Assembly (NCBI GenBank): GCA_965222595.1
Contig: CBDCUJ010000001.1
Span: 235,522 to 299,521 of the forward strand
DNA: 64,000 bases
Reading direction: 5' to 3'
DNA from: Dehalococcoidia bacterium
Lineage (GTDB): Bacteria > Chloroflexota > Dehalococcoidia > Lucifugimonadales > UBA3495
Every line of letters starts with the position of its first letter. The first letter of the stretch is position 1. The notes below the pieces were generated by a model. It did not search any database. It was not told the DNA's origin and saw only the letters and a list, made by a program, of their open reading frames with translations. The position numbers and the translations under genes were made by a program. This document shows positions 43,269 through 52,800 of the stretch, one piece after another.

Positions 43269-44132
43269 GTGAGCTCGAACGGCCGCACACCGCTTCCCGC
43301 CATTGGCGCCATGGATCAGGGCGGCACACAAAACGGCGCGGGGCTCGCACACCACGAGGTTGCCGGAATCGGCGTTTCCGGGGTCTGGGCGGGGTACGGA
43401 GAACGCCAGGTGCTCTCCGGAGTGGACTTGGCCGTGGAGCAGGGGACGCTCATCGCCTTGGCCGGCCCCAACGGAGTCGGCAAGTCGACGCTCCTTCGAT
43501 TGATCGCCGGAAGCCTGCGGCCGCGGCAAGGCTGCGTCACCGTCATGGGGACCGACGTATCGACCCTCTCGTCCCGGGAGAGGGCCAAGCGGGTGGCCGT
43601 GGTGCCCCAGGCCCCCGAGCTTCCCCACGGCTCTTCGGCGTTGGAAGTGGTGCTGATGGGACGGAACCCTCATCTGGGGATGCTGGCATGGGAGGGCCCG
43701 GAGGACGTTGAAATCGCCGTGCGGGCCATGCGGTCGACCGTCTCGGAAGAGTTCATGGACCGGCCCATTCAACAGCTTTCCGGCGGCGAAAGGCAGCGGG
43801 TCGCAGTGGCGATGGCCCTGGCCCAAGAGACTCCCATAATACTTCTGGACGAGCCGACGGCCAACCTCGACCTCGCCTTTCAACCCGCAATAATGCGGTT
43901 GTTGCGCGATCTGGCGGCGTCGGGCAAGACCGTGGTGACCGCAGTCCACGACCTGACCCTGGCCGGCCAGTTCGCGGATGTCGTGGCCATGCTGGGAGAT
44001 GGGAGAATTCACTCGATCGGCGCCCCGGAAACAGTGCTGACAGCCGCCAACATCAAACACGTCTACGGGGCCGACACGGTCGTGATGAAACACCCGGAAA
44101 CAGGCAAGCCCGTGGTGGTGAGTTCGAGCTGA
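43269..44132 (+). CDS. ABC transporter ATP-binding protein (BtuD/FepC-like)
   Basis: Walker A GPNGVGKSTLL, signature LSGGERQRV, Walker B IILLDEPTANLD. The start could be GTG 43269 or ATG 43311. The track start 43179 overlaps the permease. Confidence 0.8.
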   Translation: MSSNGRTPLPAIGAMDQGGTQNGAGLAHHEVAGIGVSGVWAGYGERQVLSGVDLAVEQGTLIALAGPNGVGKSTLLRLIAGSLRPRQGCVTVMGTDVSTLSSRERAKRVAVVPQAPELPHGSSALEVVLMGRNPHLGMLAWEGPEDVEIAVRAMRSTVSEEFMDRPIQQLSGGERQRVAVAMALAQETPIILLDEPTANLDLAFQPAIMRLLRDLAASGKTVVTAVHDLTLAGQFADVVAMLGDGRIHSIGAPETVLTAANIKHVYGADTVVMKHPETGKPVVVSSS

Positions 44133-44529
44133 CGGCACTCAGGCCCGGCTCGGTCCTATACAACCATTACGCCCCGTCCCGGTCCTATCGCCACTACACC
44201 ACCGACGCCTCCCCCCAAACCCAGAGCACAATTCCCCCCAATTATGCCGGATTCGAGGACATCGGCCGCCGGGCTGTGGACAGTCTGCAAGCTTTGGCAA
44301 GCCGTTGAATGAATCGGCTACCGGGGTTGAATAATTCACAACAGCGACCCTACCATAGCGGTATGGTTCCTCAACATTCAGAGGTCAGCTACAACCAGGC
44401 TGTGATGAATCTCGTCGATCAGGGAGCCGACAGGGGCAAATCGCGCACTTGGATAATATATGCGGAGCTATCCACGCCTGTTTTCCAACAAGGAAGGACA
44501 GGGCGCGGGAGCAGTTCGCCTGGTATTGA

Positions 44530-44847
44530 GTGAATATTGAAGACATCACTGGCTCGATACGTGATAATCGAATCCGAATCACAGATCACGCCGATGAAGC
44601 GGCTCAGGCTGACCGATTGTCATTTGATGAGATATTCGTCAGCGTTCTTCGAGGCGAGGTAATAGAAGACTATCCTGGCGACAGACCGTACCCTAGTTGC
44701 TTGGTTTACGGGGACACCCTTAGCCGGGAGCCGGTACACAGCGTTTGGGCCTACAATCCGGACAACGGTTGGGCTGTTTTGATTACACTCTATCGTCCTG
44801 ACCCAGAGCGTTGGCTTGACTGGCGTACGAGGAGGCCACAAGGATGA
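44530..44847 (+). CDS. DUF4258 domain protein (putative toxin)
   Basis: IRITDHADEAAQADRLSFDEIFVSVLRGEVIEDYPGDRPYPSCLVYG...VHSVWAY. 4-nt overlap with the next gene. Confidence 0.65.
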   Translation: MNIEDITGSIRDNRIRITDHADEAAQADRLSFDEIFVSVLRGEVIEDYPGDRPYPSCLVYGDTLSREPVHSVWAYNPDNGWAVLITLYRPDPERWLDWRTRRPQG

Positions 44848-45089
44848 TGCCATTTGGTAAATGTCCGGTATGTGGCGGCGAGATGGTTGAGAAAGAGGTG
44901 GAGAAATTGCTGCGCGGCGGCGTCAATATTGCCACCCTGACTGTCCCTGCCGAGGTTTGTTTGCATTGTGGAGAGCGGCTATTTTCGAAGGAAACGGTCA
45001 ACCGATTTGAGCAAATTCGCCACAAGCTGGCCCGGCAGCAAGTAGCGGAGTTTGATTCATTGGGACAATCGTTCCAGGTTCGGGCGTAA
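44844..45089 (+). CDS. YgiT-type (MqsA N-terminal-like) zinc-finger protein (putative antitoxin)
   Basis: CPVCGGEM ... CLHCGE zinc ribbon. 81 aa. Confidence 0.65.
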   Translation: MMPFGKCPVCGGEMVEKEVEKLLRGGVNIATLTVPAEVCLHCGERLFSKETVNRFEQIRHKLARQQVAEFDSLGQSFQVRA

Positions 45090-45355
45090 GCCGATCGTTT
45101 CGGGTCCCGGCCCAAAAGAGAAGGCGTAGCCGGTACTCGCCGGTGCGTTTGACAGTGGCAACCGCCGATGGTACGGTGCGATTCGAGTCGTGACCGAGTG
45201 GAAGGGGCCAACGCAGCGGGTCCCACGTTCCATAGACTAGAAACATCGGCAACCCGCTCTGGAGTACCGCAGGCAGTCCTGCCTAAAATGCGTCACCGTC
45301 CCACGCCGTTTCCGCCGTCCCCACGGCGATCAACCTCCGTGTCTCCCGTGCCACC

Positions 45356-46369
45356 GTGGCGGTAGCAGGCGCGGGCCGGGCGGCGCCGGGGAGCCGCCGG
45401 ACCGGCTCGTGGTTCCGCAGTCTCACCCTCGTTACTTTCGTCTCGGTTTTTGCATTGGTTGTGCTGGGAGGCGTGGTCCGGGTAACCGGGTCCGGGCTGG
45501 GCTGTCCCGATTGGCCCCTCTGCCACGGCGGCTTGCTGCCGCCCCTCGAGACCAAGGCCATAATCGAGTTCGCCCACCGTTTTGTGGCCTCGATTCTGGT
45601 GGGGCCGCTGATCATCGTCACCTGCGTTTCGGCCTGGGTGTTCCAACGGAACGAAAGGTGGCTGATTGTGCCGGCAACCGCCGCCTTGGTATTACTGGTG
45701 CTGCAAGCGTTGCTCGGCGGTTATACGGTGCTGAACGAGTTGCCGGGTATCATCGTTTTGGTCCATCTGGCCGTGGGACAAGGGCTGCTGGGTTGTCTAA
45801 CCCTGATGACGGTGGTAGCCTACCGGGGGCCTTTACGGGGCGGGCCGCAACCGTGGGCCGAGGGGAAACTCCGCAGGTTTCCCTCGCTGTCCATCGTCGC
45901 GGCGGCGGTGGTGTTCGGCCTGATGCTGTCGGGTTCGTGGGTGACTATTTCCGGGTCCACCGGCGCCTGTTTGGACTGGCCCCTGTGTAACGGCGACGCC
46001 TTCCCCTCACAACGGCTCCAGATGATTCACATGGTCCACCGGTACGTGGCGCTGGTAATAGGTCTGTTGGTCTTGTACACGTTGCACCTGGGGTTCAGGG
46101 GGCACACCCAACCCACACCCGTCAGGATGCTGTCGCTTGCCGGGGCCGCATTGTTTGTCGGCCAGGTGCTGGTGGGAGCCGGCGCGGTGTGGACCGACTT
46201 TTCCCAAGAATTCCGCGCCCTTCACCTGGCGTTGGCCACCGGTGTCTGGGCCGCAGTAGCCGCGCTGGCCTTCGTGGTCTACACTGGAAAGGCTGAAACC
46301 GGAAGCGCCGAAACTGGAAGGAGCCCCGGACGCGGGCACACCTCATCCACCAGGACCGCTAATGGCTGA
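45356..46369 (+). CDS. ctaA: Heme A synthase (COX15/CtaA)
   Basis: VRVTGSGLGCPDWPLCHG and a second Cys pair GACLDWPLCNG. Multi-TM. Confidence 0.85.
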   Translation: MAVAGAGRAAPGSRRTGSWFRSLTLVTFVSVFALVVLGGVVRVTGSGLGCPDWPLCHGGLLPPLETKAIIEFAHRFVASILVGPLIIVTCVSAWVFQRNERWLIVPATAALVLLVLQALLGGYTVLNELPGIIVLVHLAVGQGLLGCLTLMTVVAYRGPLRGGPQPWAEGKLRRFPSLSIVAAAVVFGLMLSGSWVTISGSTGACLDWPLCNGDAFPSQRLQMIHMVHRYVALVIGLLVLYTLHLGFRGHTQPTPVRMLSLAGAALFVGQVLVGAGAVWTDFSQEFRALHLALATGVWAAVAALAFVVYTGKAETGSAETGRSPGRGHTSSTRTANG

Positions 46370-47294
46370 TCAAATCGGGGCCGATCGAATAGACCTGAGC
46401 AAACCCGCCGCCGGCCGCGCCGCGGCAATGGGCCGGATGGCGGCCGATTACCTCACTCTCACCAAACCGCCCATCATCTCCCTGCTCTTGGTAACAGCCG
46501 TCGGCGGGATGTTTCTGGCCGCCCAAGGAGTTCCCCCCATTATCACCCTGCTGCTGGTCTGTGCCGGAGGGGCTCTGGGGGCCGGCGGGGCCAACGCCAT
46601 CAACCATTACCTGGACCAAGACATCGACGCCCTGATGAGCCGCACCTGGCAGCGGCCGGTTGCCAGCCACCGGATACCGCCGGCACGGGCGCTGGCCTTT
46701 GGCATCGGGCTGAATGTGGCGTCTTTCTTAGTGTTGGCCGGCGGGGTCAACATGCTGGCGGCGGTCCTCACCCTGGGGGCCACCCTGTTCTACGTGCTGG
46801 TTTATACCGTGTGGCTGAAGCGCACCACCCCGCAGAACATCGTCATCGGGGGCGCCGCCGGCTCAATACCTCCAGTGGTCGGCTGGGTGGCAATCACGGG
46901 GTCCTTCGATCTGTCGGCGCTTTACCTGTTCACCATCATTTTCTTCTGGACCCCGCCCCACTTCTGGGCCCTGTCTCTGCTGATACAAAAGGACTACGAG
47001 CGGGCCGGCGTGCCCATGCTCCCAGTGGTGGCGGGCAAGGAACGCACGGTACAGAGCATTTTCGGCTACACCCTCGTGCTGGTGGCGCTGACTCTGGTGT
47101 TCACGGCGTCCTCCACTCTGGGGCCGGTCTACCTCGGAATGGCAGCGGTACTGGGGGCCGTTTTAGTGGGGATGGCCTGGCAGTTACGGCGGGAGCAGAC
47201 AGCCCGGCGGGCGCGTCACCTGTACCTGTATTCGCTGCTCTACCTCGCGGTGCTGTTCGTAGCGATAATGGTCGACAGCGTACTCGTATTTTGA
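46362..47294 (+). CDS. ctaB: Protoheme IX farnesyltransferase (heme O synthase)
   Basis: UbiA-family pattern NHYLDQDIDALMSRT and YTVWLKRTTPQNIVIGG. Overlaps the ctaA stop. Confidence 0.85.
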   Translation: MADQIGADRIDLSKPAAGRAAAMGRMAADYLTLTKPPIISLLLVTAVGGMFLAAQGVPPIITLLLVCAGGALGAGGANAINHYLDQDIDALMSRTWQRPVASHRIPPARALAFGIGLNVASFLVLAGGVNMLAAVLTLGATLFYVLVYTVWLKRTTPQNIVIGGAAGSIPPVVGWVAITGSFDLSALYLFTIIFFWTPPHFWALSLLIQKDYERAGVPMLPVVAGKERTVQSIFGYTLVLVALTLVFTASSTLGPVYLGMAAVLGAVLVGMAWQLRREQTARRARHLYLYSLLYLAVLFVAIMVDSVLVF

Positions 47295-47336
47295 GCTGCC
47301 AAATCGCCGGGACTATTGCCCGCCCGCCCCCCCTTC

Positions 47337-47460
47337 GTAACTGTTCAGACTTCGGGGGATCTGCTTGACCAGCGGCACCGCCGACAGGGCAATTTAGCTT
47401 TGAGCAAGGCTGGATCCCCGTCCTCTGCGGGCATTCGTCCCCTCAACTCTGAACAGTTAC
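47337..47460. mobile_element. MITE-like element (copy B) with GTAACTGTTCAGA termini
   Basis: Same 13-bp termini as copy A (47337-47349 / 47448-47460). 9-bp direct repeat CCCCCCTTC at 47328-47336 and 47461-47469. Lies between ctaB and coxB. Confidence 0.75.
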
Positions 47461-47562
47461 CCCCCCTTCAAATACGTTGACAGTGCCGACGGTGCTGTGA
47501 TAACGTCCCCACCGCAAACAAGCACACCGCGCAAGCGGCTGTCGCTTTAGGGGAGTCCGAAT

Positions 47563-48753
47563 ATGGGGTTGATGCCCTCGCGACGGGCAGGTCCCCCTCA
47601 CCACAAAACAGGTAACCCTGAACGGTCCGTCCAGCGCCGAAACTGGTCACGAACAGTGGTTTTTTTCGGTACCTTGGCGGCCCTTTTCTTGCTTGCCGTG
47701 GCCTGCAGCCAAGGAAAGCAGTCCACTTGGGAGGCCGTGGGGCCGGTCGCCGAAAAACAGCTCCTGCTGTTTAAGGTGCTGCTCTGGACCATGGTCGCGG
47801 TCTTCGTGCTGGTGGAGGGAGCCCTCCTTTACACTCTGATACGCTACCGGCGCCGTCCCGGGCAGGAACGACCGCCCCAGATCCACGGTCACACCGCGCT
47901 GGAAGTCATTTGGACCATCATCCCTACGATAGTGGTTCTGGGGTTGGGAATCTGGTCGGTGTTCACCCTCTTCGAGTTGGACGAACCCCCAAGGGACGGC
48001 CCCGAGGTGCTCGACGTCGTCGTCACGGGCCACCAGTGGTATTTCGAGTTCGAATATCCGGACGCCGGCGGCGGAAAGAGGATAACCACCGCTAACGAGC
48101 TCCGCATTCCGGTTGACCGGCCCGTCCGCTTGGACCTCGAGAGCGACGACGTGCTCCACAGCTTCTGGGTGCCCAAGCTGGCCGGCAAAGTGGACGTGGT
48201 GCCCACCCGGACCAATCACCTGTGGTTCCAAGCCGATAGGGACAAGATTGACGAGGCACTGCCAGCCACCTTCTACGGCCAATGCGCCGAGCTATGCGGC
48301 ATCTCCCACGCCCTGATGCGGTTTCGGGTGATAGTCATGGACCAAGACGATTTCGACTCCTGGGTGGCCGACTACGGGCCCCCGGCGGCCGTCACCCCAC
48401 GGGCCCAGCAGGGGCAGCAGGTCTTCAACATCAACTGCGCCCTTTGCCATACCGTCAATGGCGCGGAAAACGAGGCGGTAGCCGCAACCAGGCTTACGCA
48501 GTTCCTGAGCGGAGGGGATGTCGTCGCGGTGCCCGGTCCGAACCTGACCGACCTCCGGCACCGGATGACCCTGGGCGCCGGAATAACGGACCTTTCGGTG
48601 GAGAACCTCCGGGCCTGGATCAAGAACCCCGAGAGGTTGAAGCCCGGCAACTGGATGTACGACAAGGCGATCATGTACCAGGACGGCGGCGATGCCAATC
48701 TCAGCGATGATGACATCGATGCTGTGATTGAGTATCTGATGAACCTGCGCTAG
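47563..48753 (+). CDS. coxB: Cytochrome c oxidase subunit II with a fused C-terminal cytochrome c domain (caa3 type)
   Basis: CuA site CAELCGISHALM. Heme c site CALCHTV. Lipobox-like LLAVAC. Exact start uncertain. Confidence 0.85.
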   Translation: MGLMPSRRAGPPHHKTGNPERSVQRRNWSRTVVFFGTLAALFLLAVACSQGKQSTWEAVGPVAEKQLLLFKVLLWTMVAVFVLVEGALLYTLIRYRRRPGQERPPQIHGHTALEVIWTIIPTIVVLGLGIWSVFTLFELDEPPRDGPEVLDVVVTGHQWYFEFEYPDAGGGKRITTANELRIPVDRPVRLDLESDDVLHSFWVPKLAGKVDVVPTRTNHLWFQADRDKIDEALPATFYGQCAELCGISHALMRFRVIVMDQDDFDSWVADYGPPAAVTPRAQQGQQVFNINCALCHTVNGAENEAVAATRLTQFLSGGDVVAVPGPNLTDLRHRMTLGAGITDLSVENLRAWIKNPERLKPGNWMYDKAIMYQDGGDANLSDDDIDAVIEYLMNLR

Positions 48754-48812
48754 ACTATTCTCGGAAGGAAAGCTCCCCTTGCGGAAGGGGGACGGACCGG
48801 CTTAGAAGAGCG

Positions 48813-50666
48813 ATGGCCACACTAACTGACGTAATTGCCCGGCCTACCGGTTACTCCGGCATCTGGAGCTGGATAACGACCGTCGACCACAAGCGCATCG
48901 GCGTCTTGTACGGTACAACGGCGTTCATCTTCATGCTGTTCGCCGGAATAGAGGCGGGCGTCATCCGGGTACAACTGTCCCAGCCCGAGCTGGGCATCGT
49001 CAGTCCCGGCCGCTATAACGAAATGTTCACCATGCATGCCACCGTGATGATTTTCATGGTGGTCATGCCCTTGTCGGCCAGCTTCTTCAACTTTGTCGTG
49101 CCCCTGGCAATCGGGGCCAGGGACGTCGCATTCCCCAGGCTGAACGCCCTGAGCTACTGGATTTTCCTGTTCGGCGGCATCCTGATGCACGTCAGCTTCG
49201 CCGTGGGCGAGGTGCCCGACGCCGGCTGGTTCTCCTACGCCAACCTGACGGAAAAGCCTTTCAGCCCCGATCGAGGCCTGGACTTCTGGTCCCTGAGCCT
49301 CCTGGTGCTGGGGGCCTCCTCAGTGGCTGCCGCCCTCAACTTCGTCGTCACCATCGTCAACCTCCGTGCGCCGGGCATGACGCTCATGCGTATGCCGGTG
49401 TTCGTCTGGATGACTCTTATTACTTCCATCCTGCTGGTCTTGGCCTTCCCGGTAATTACCGTGGGCCTTATCGAACTCACGATGGACCGCAACTTCGGCA
49501 CCCATTTCTTCGTCCCCTCGGAGGGCGGCGACCCCATATTGTGGCAACATCTTTTCTGGGTGTTCGGGCACCCTGAAGTCTACATTCTGATCTTGCCGCC
49601 CATGGGTATCGTCTCGGAAATACTGCCGACCTTCTCGAAGAAGCCCTTGTTCGGGTACCCCTTCATCGTGTTCTCCGGCATCGTTATCGGCATGATGGGC
49701 TGGGCGGTGTGGAGTCACCACATGTTCACCGTGGGCCTCGGACCCGTGGCGAACTCGGTTTTCACCATCACGACCATGCTCATCGCGGTGCCCACCGGCG
49801 TCAAGATATTCAACTGGATGGGCACACTGTGGAAGGGGTCTATCGAATTCAGCACGGCCATGCTGTTTGCTCTGGGGTTCATCACCCTGTTCATTATCGG
49901 GGGGCTCAGCGGGGTCTCCCACGCCGTTTCGCCGTCGGACTTCCAGCAACAGGACACCTACTACGTCGTGGCCCACCTCCACTACGTGCTGTTTGGCGGT
50001 TCGGTCTTCGGAATCTTCGCGGGAATCTACTACTGGTACCCCAAGATAACCGGGAAGATGCTGAGCGAATTCTGGGGTAAGATCACCTTCGCCCTGATGT
50101 TCATTGGCATGAACGTGACCTTCTTCCCCATGCACTACGCCGGCATGAACGGAATGCCGCGGCGGATCTTCACCTACGCCGAGGAATTTGGCTGGGGCAA
50201 CCTGAACCTGTTGTCCACCTTCGGCTACTTCGTCCTTTTCATCAGCATCCTCACGTTCATGTACAGCCTCTGGCAAAGCCGGCGCTCTCGGCCGGTGAGC
50301 CACGACCCGTGGGACGCCCCGGGGCTGGAATGGAGCATCGCCTCCCCGCCCCCGCCTTATAACTTCGCGGAGATCCCGAGGGTCGAGGGACGGGACCATT
50401 ACTGGATCTTGAAAGACCGAGCCCGTGAGGAAGGCAACCCCATCACCGGCCCGGAAGCTCCCGTCGATCCGGCTTCAATCCACATGCCCAGTCCGTCGTA
50501 CTGGCCGATCATCACAGCCGCGGGAGTAGCCCTCATCGGCGGCGGGATAGTATCCCACTACGGAATCAGTTTCCTCGGCGGTGTCATAGCGTTCCTCGGC
50601 GTCATCGGGTGGGCCAATGAGCCTGCGGCCGCGCCCGAGGAAGGTCGCGCCGGGGCACACCACTAG
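48813..50666 (+). CDS. ctaD: Cytochrome c oxidase subunit I
   Basis: LFWVFGHPEVYILILP and HHMFTVG motifs. 617 aa. Confidence 0.95.
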   Translation: MATLTDVIARPTGYSGIWSWITTVDHKRIGVLYGTTAFIFMLFAGIEAGVIRVQLSQPELGIVSPGRYNEMFTMHATVMIFMVVMPLSASFFNFVVPLAIGARDVAFPRLNALSYWIFLFGGILMHVSFAVGEVPDAGWFSYANLTEKPFSPDRGLDFWSLSLLVLGASSVAAALNFVVTIVNLRAPGMTLMRMPVFVWMTLITSILLVLAFPVITVGLIELTMDRNFGTHFFVPSEGGDPILWQHLFWVFGHPEVYILILPPMGIVSEILPTFSKKPLFGYPFIVFSGIVIGMMGWAVWSHHMFTVGLGPVANSVFTITTMLIAVPTGVKIFNWMGTLWKGSIEFSTAMLFALGFITLFIIGGLSGVSHAVSPSDFQQQDTYYVVAHLHYVLFGGSVFGIFAGIYYWYPKITGKMLSEFWGKITFALMFIGMNVTFFPMHYAGMNGMPRRIFTYAEEFGWGNLNLLSTFGYFVLFISILTFMYSLWQSRRSRPVSHDPWDAPGLEWSIASPPPPYNFAEIPRVEGRDHYWILKDRAREEGNPITGPEAPVDPASIHMPSPSYWPIITAAGVALIGGGIVSHYGISFLGGVIAFLGVIGWANEPAAAPEEGRAGAHH

Positions 50667-50679
50667 GAGACTGTAGACG

Positions 50680-51312
50680 TTGGCCCACCCACCCGAATCG
50701 GCGCCCTTGGACCACAATTACACCACTACCGGTCTGAACCACCGGAAGATGCTCATGTGGGTGTTCCTGGGTTCGGATTGCCTGTTCTTCGCCTCACTGA
50801 TCGCCACCTACATGGTGTACCGGGGACAGAGCCTGGTGGGGCCATACCCCAACGACATCATAGACGTCCCCATAACCACCATCAGCACCTTCGTTCTGCT
50901 GATGAGCAGCTTCGCCATGGTCCGGGCGCTGGCGGCCACCAATGCCAACGACCAAGGGGGAATCAAGATCTGGTTGCTGGCGACGGCGTTGCTGGGGTCG
51001 GTTTTCATCGGCTTCCAGATCTATGAGTTCAACGCCTTCAAGAACGAGGGATTGACGCTGGGCACGAACCTGTTCGGCGCTACCTTCTTCACCCTTACCG
51101 GGTTCCACGGAGCCCACGTCACCTTGGGAATCATCTGGCTGCTGGGCCTCTTCATCCTGTCGTACAAGGGCCGTCTCGGGCCCGCAACGGCGCTGGACGT
51201 GGAGCTTGCCGGCCTATACTGGCACTTCGTAGACATCGTCTGGATCGTGATATTCACTCTTCTCTACCTGATCGGCGGATTCGACGTGGGTCCTGCGCCC
51301 CCGGCTGGCTAG
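50680..51312 (+). CDS. ctaE: Cytochrome c oxidase subunit III
   Basis: FFTLTGFHGAHVTLGIIWL and YWHFVDIVWI motifs. Confidence 0.9.
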   Translation: MAHPPESAPLDHNYTTTGLNHRKMLMWVFLGSDCLFFASLIATYMVYRGQSLVGPYPNDIIDVPITTISTFVLLMSSFAMVRALAATNANDQGGIKIWLLATALLGSVFIGFQIYEFNAFKNEGLTLGTNLFGATFFTLTGFHGAHVTLGIIWLLGLFILSYKGRLGPATALDVELAGLYWHFVDIVWIVIFTLLYLIGGFDVGPAPPAG

Positions 51313-51365
51313 CCGGCCGGCTTATTGTCCCTGTGCCGTCAGGAGACCCCTAGGAGAACCTTCAA

Positions 51366-52262
51366 TTGGCCACGACCCACGAAGAAGCTGAACACGATGT
51401 TCGCCACCCCACTATCAAGCAGTATGTGGCGATCGCGGCGATCCTTTTCGCTATCACCATCGTCGAATTCATCCTGATCTGGCCCACCGCCGGGATAGAC
51501 GACGATCTGGGTCTGTCCAAGATCCCTCTGCTGATCTTCCTGTCAGCCATCAAGTTCGCCATCGTCATAATGTTCTACATGCACCTCAAGTTCGACCACC
51601 CGTTGTTCTGGAGAGTGTTCATCGCCGGGCTGGTGCTGGCGTTCATGGTAGGGTTGGCCCTCATGGGCCTTTTCACCGCCATTAAAGGAGACTCTAGGGC
51701 ATACGCCGAAGAACGCGCCGTTCCGTTCGTTCACGAAGGGGAAGGGGAACACGTGGAGGCCCATCCGGCGCCCACCGCCGTACCCCAAGCGCCGCCGACC
51801 CCGATACCGACGCTGGCGCCATCGCCTTTTGAAACAGCGGTCCCCACGGCCGAGCCGGCCGCGGAAGATACGGCTCCGACGGAGTCCGCCGCGCTTGGTC
51901 CGGGCGCTCCGCTAGGCATAGGAGTGAACGGCGACGTTCTGGAATTTGATGCCTCGGCGATGTCGGGGGCAGCAGGAGAAACGTACACCGTCACCCTGAC
52001 CAACACATCGACAGTCAACTCACACAACTGGGTGTTGGTCCAAGCGGGGACCGGCGAAGACGTAGCCACCGATGGCGCCAACCACGCCGCCACCGACTGG
52101 GTCCCGCCCGGCGATTCCAGGGTATTCGCCAACACCCCTCTCATCGCCCCGGGCGGCACTGGTGAAATCACGTTCGTGGCCCCGGGTACGGGTGCCTACC
52201 AGTTTGTCTGCACGTTCCCGGCCCACCAATTCACCATGACCGGGACTTTCACCGTCAACTAG
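51366..52262 (+). CDS. Cytochrome c oxidase subunit IV-like membrane domain fused to a C-terminal type 1 copper (azurin/auracyanin-like) cupredoxin
   Basis: N-terminus HPTIKQYVAIAAILFAITIVEF...IKFAIVIMFYMHLKFD (prokaryotic CoxIV pattern, 3 TM), a Pro/Ala/Thr linker, then SHNWVLV (His ligand) and CTFPAHQFTM (Cys-x4-His-x3-Met, azurin spacing). Confidence 0.7.
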   Translation: MATTHEEAEHDVRHPTIKQYVAIAAILFAITIVEFILIWPTAGIDDDLGLSKIPLLIFLSAIKFAIVIMFYMHLKFDHPLFWRVFIAGLVLAFMVGLALMGLFTAIKGDSRAYAEERAVPFVHEGEGEHVEAHPAPTAVPQAPPTPIPTLAPSPFETAVPTAEPAAEDTAPTESAALGPGAPLGIGVNGDVLEFDASAMSGAAGETYTVTLTNTSTVNSHNWVLVQAGTGEDVATDGANHAATDWVPPGDSRVFANTPLIAPGGTGEITFVAPGTGAYQFVCTFPAHQFTMTGTFTVN

Positions 52263-52349
52263 CCGGGTCACCTGAACAACACGAAGGGTCCCGGCCCTCC
52301 GGGTCGCCAGCCGATGCCTGTTGGTTGTAGCCCGGCCCTACTCCGGCCG

Positions 52350-52679
52350 TTAGAAAGTGTGTTTCCCGTCCGAGCCGAGGCTTAAGCCGCGGACCCGCAC
52401 CACCGCGTCCAGATTGAGCTTGCCGTAGATGTGAGGGTATTCTTCACCGGAGCGACTGGCCTCATACTCGACCCGCGCGCCCAGTTTCTCCACGTCCACG
52501 TCGACTACCTGCAGGTCCCTGCGGCCCTGATACAACCGCTCCGCCACCCGCAGCAACTGCGCCTCGTCGATGGAGCAGTGTATGAACCCCTCCTCTGCCA
52601 GGCTCGGGGCCTCGTATTCGCCCAATGGTTGCGCCGCCTGCCAGGCTTCCTGGCTGGTCAAATGATAGATGATCGCCAT
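52350..52679 (-). CDS. DUF952 domain protein
   Basis: EGFIHCS...EYPHIYGKLNLDAV pattern. 109 aa. Confidence 0.7.
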   Translation of the reverse strand: MAIIYHLTSQEAWQAAQPLGEYEAPSLAEEGFIHCSIDEAQLLRVAERLYQGRRDLQVVDVDVEKLGARVEYEASRSGEEYPHIYGKLNLDAVVRVRGLSLGSDGKHTF

Positions 52680-52800
52680 ATTACCGTTCCTCGTTCTTGC
52701 TACAGTCTCGCCGGGGACACTTGACCGGAGATACTTGAATTGTAACCCCTGACCACCGGGTGTTAGGATGTTAGCCGTGACTCGATCCTAGGGAGCCGAC

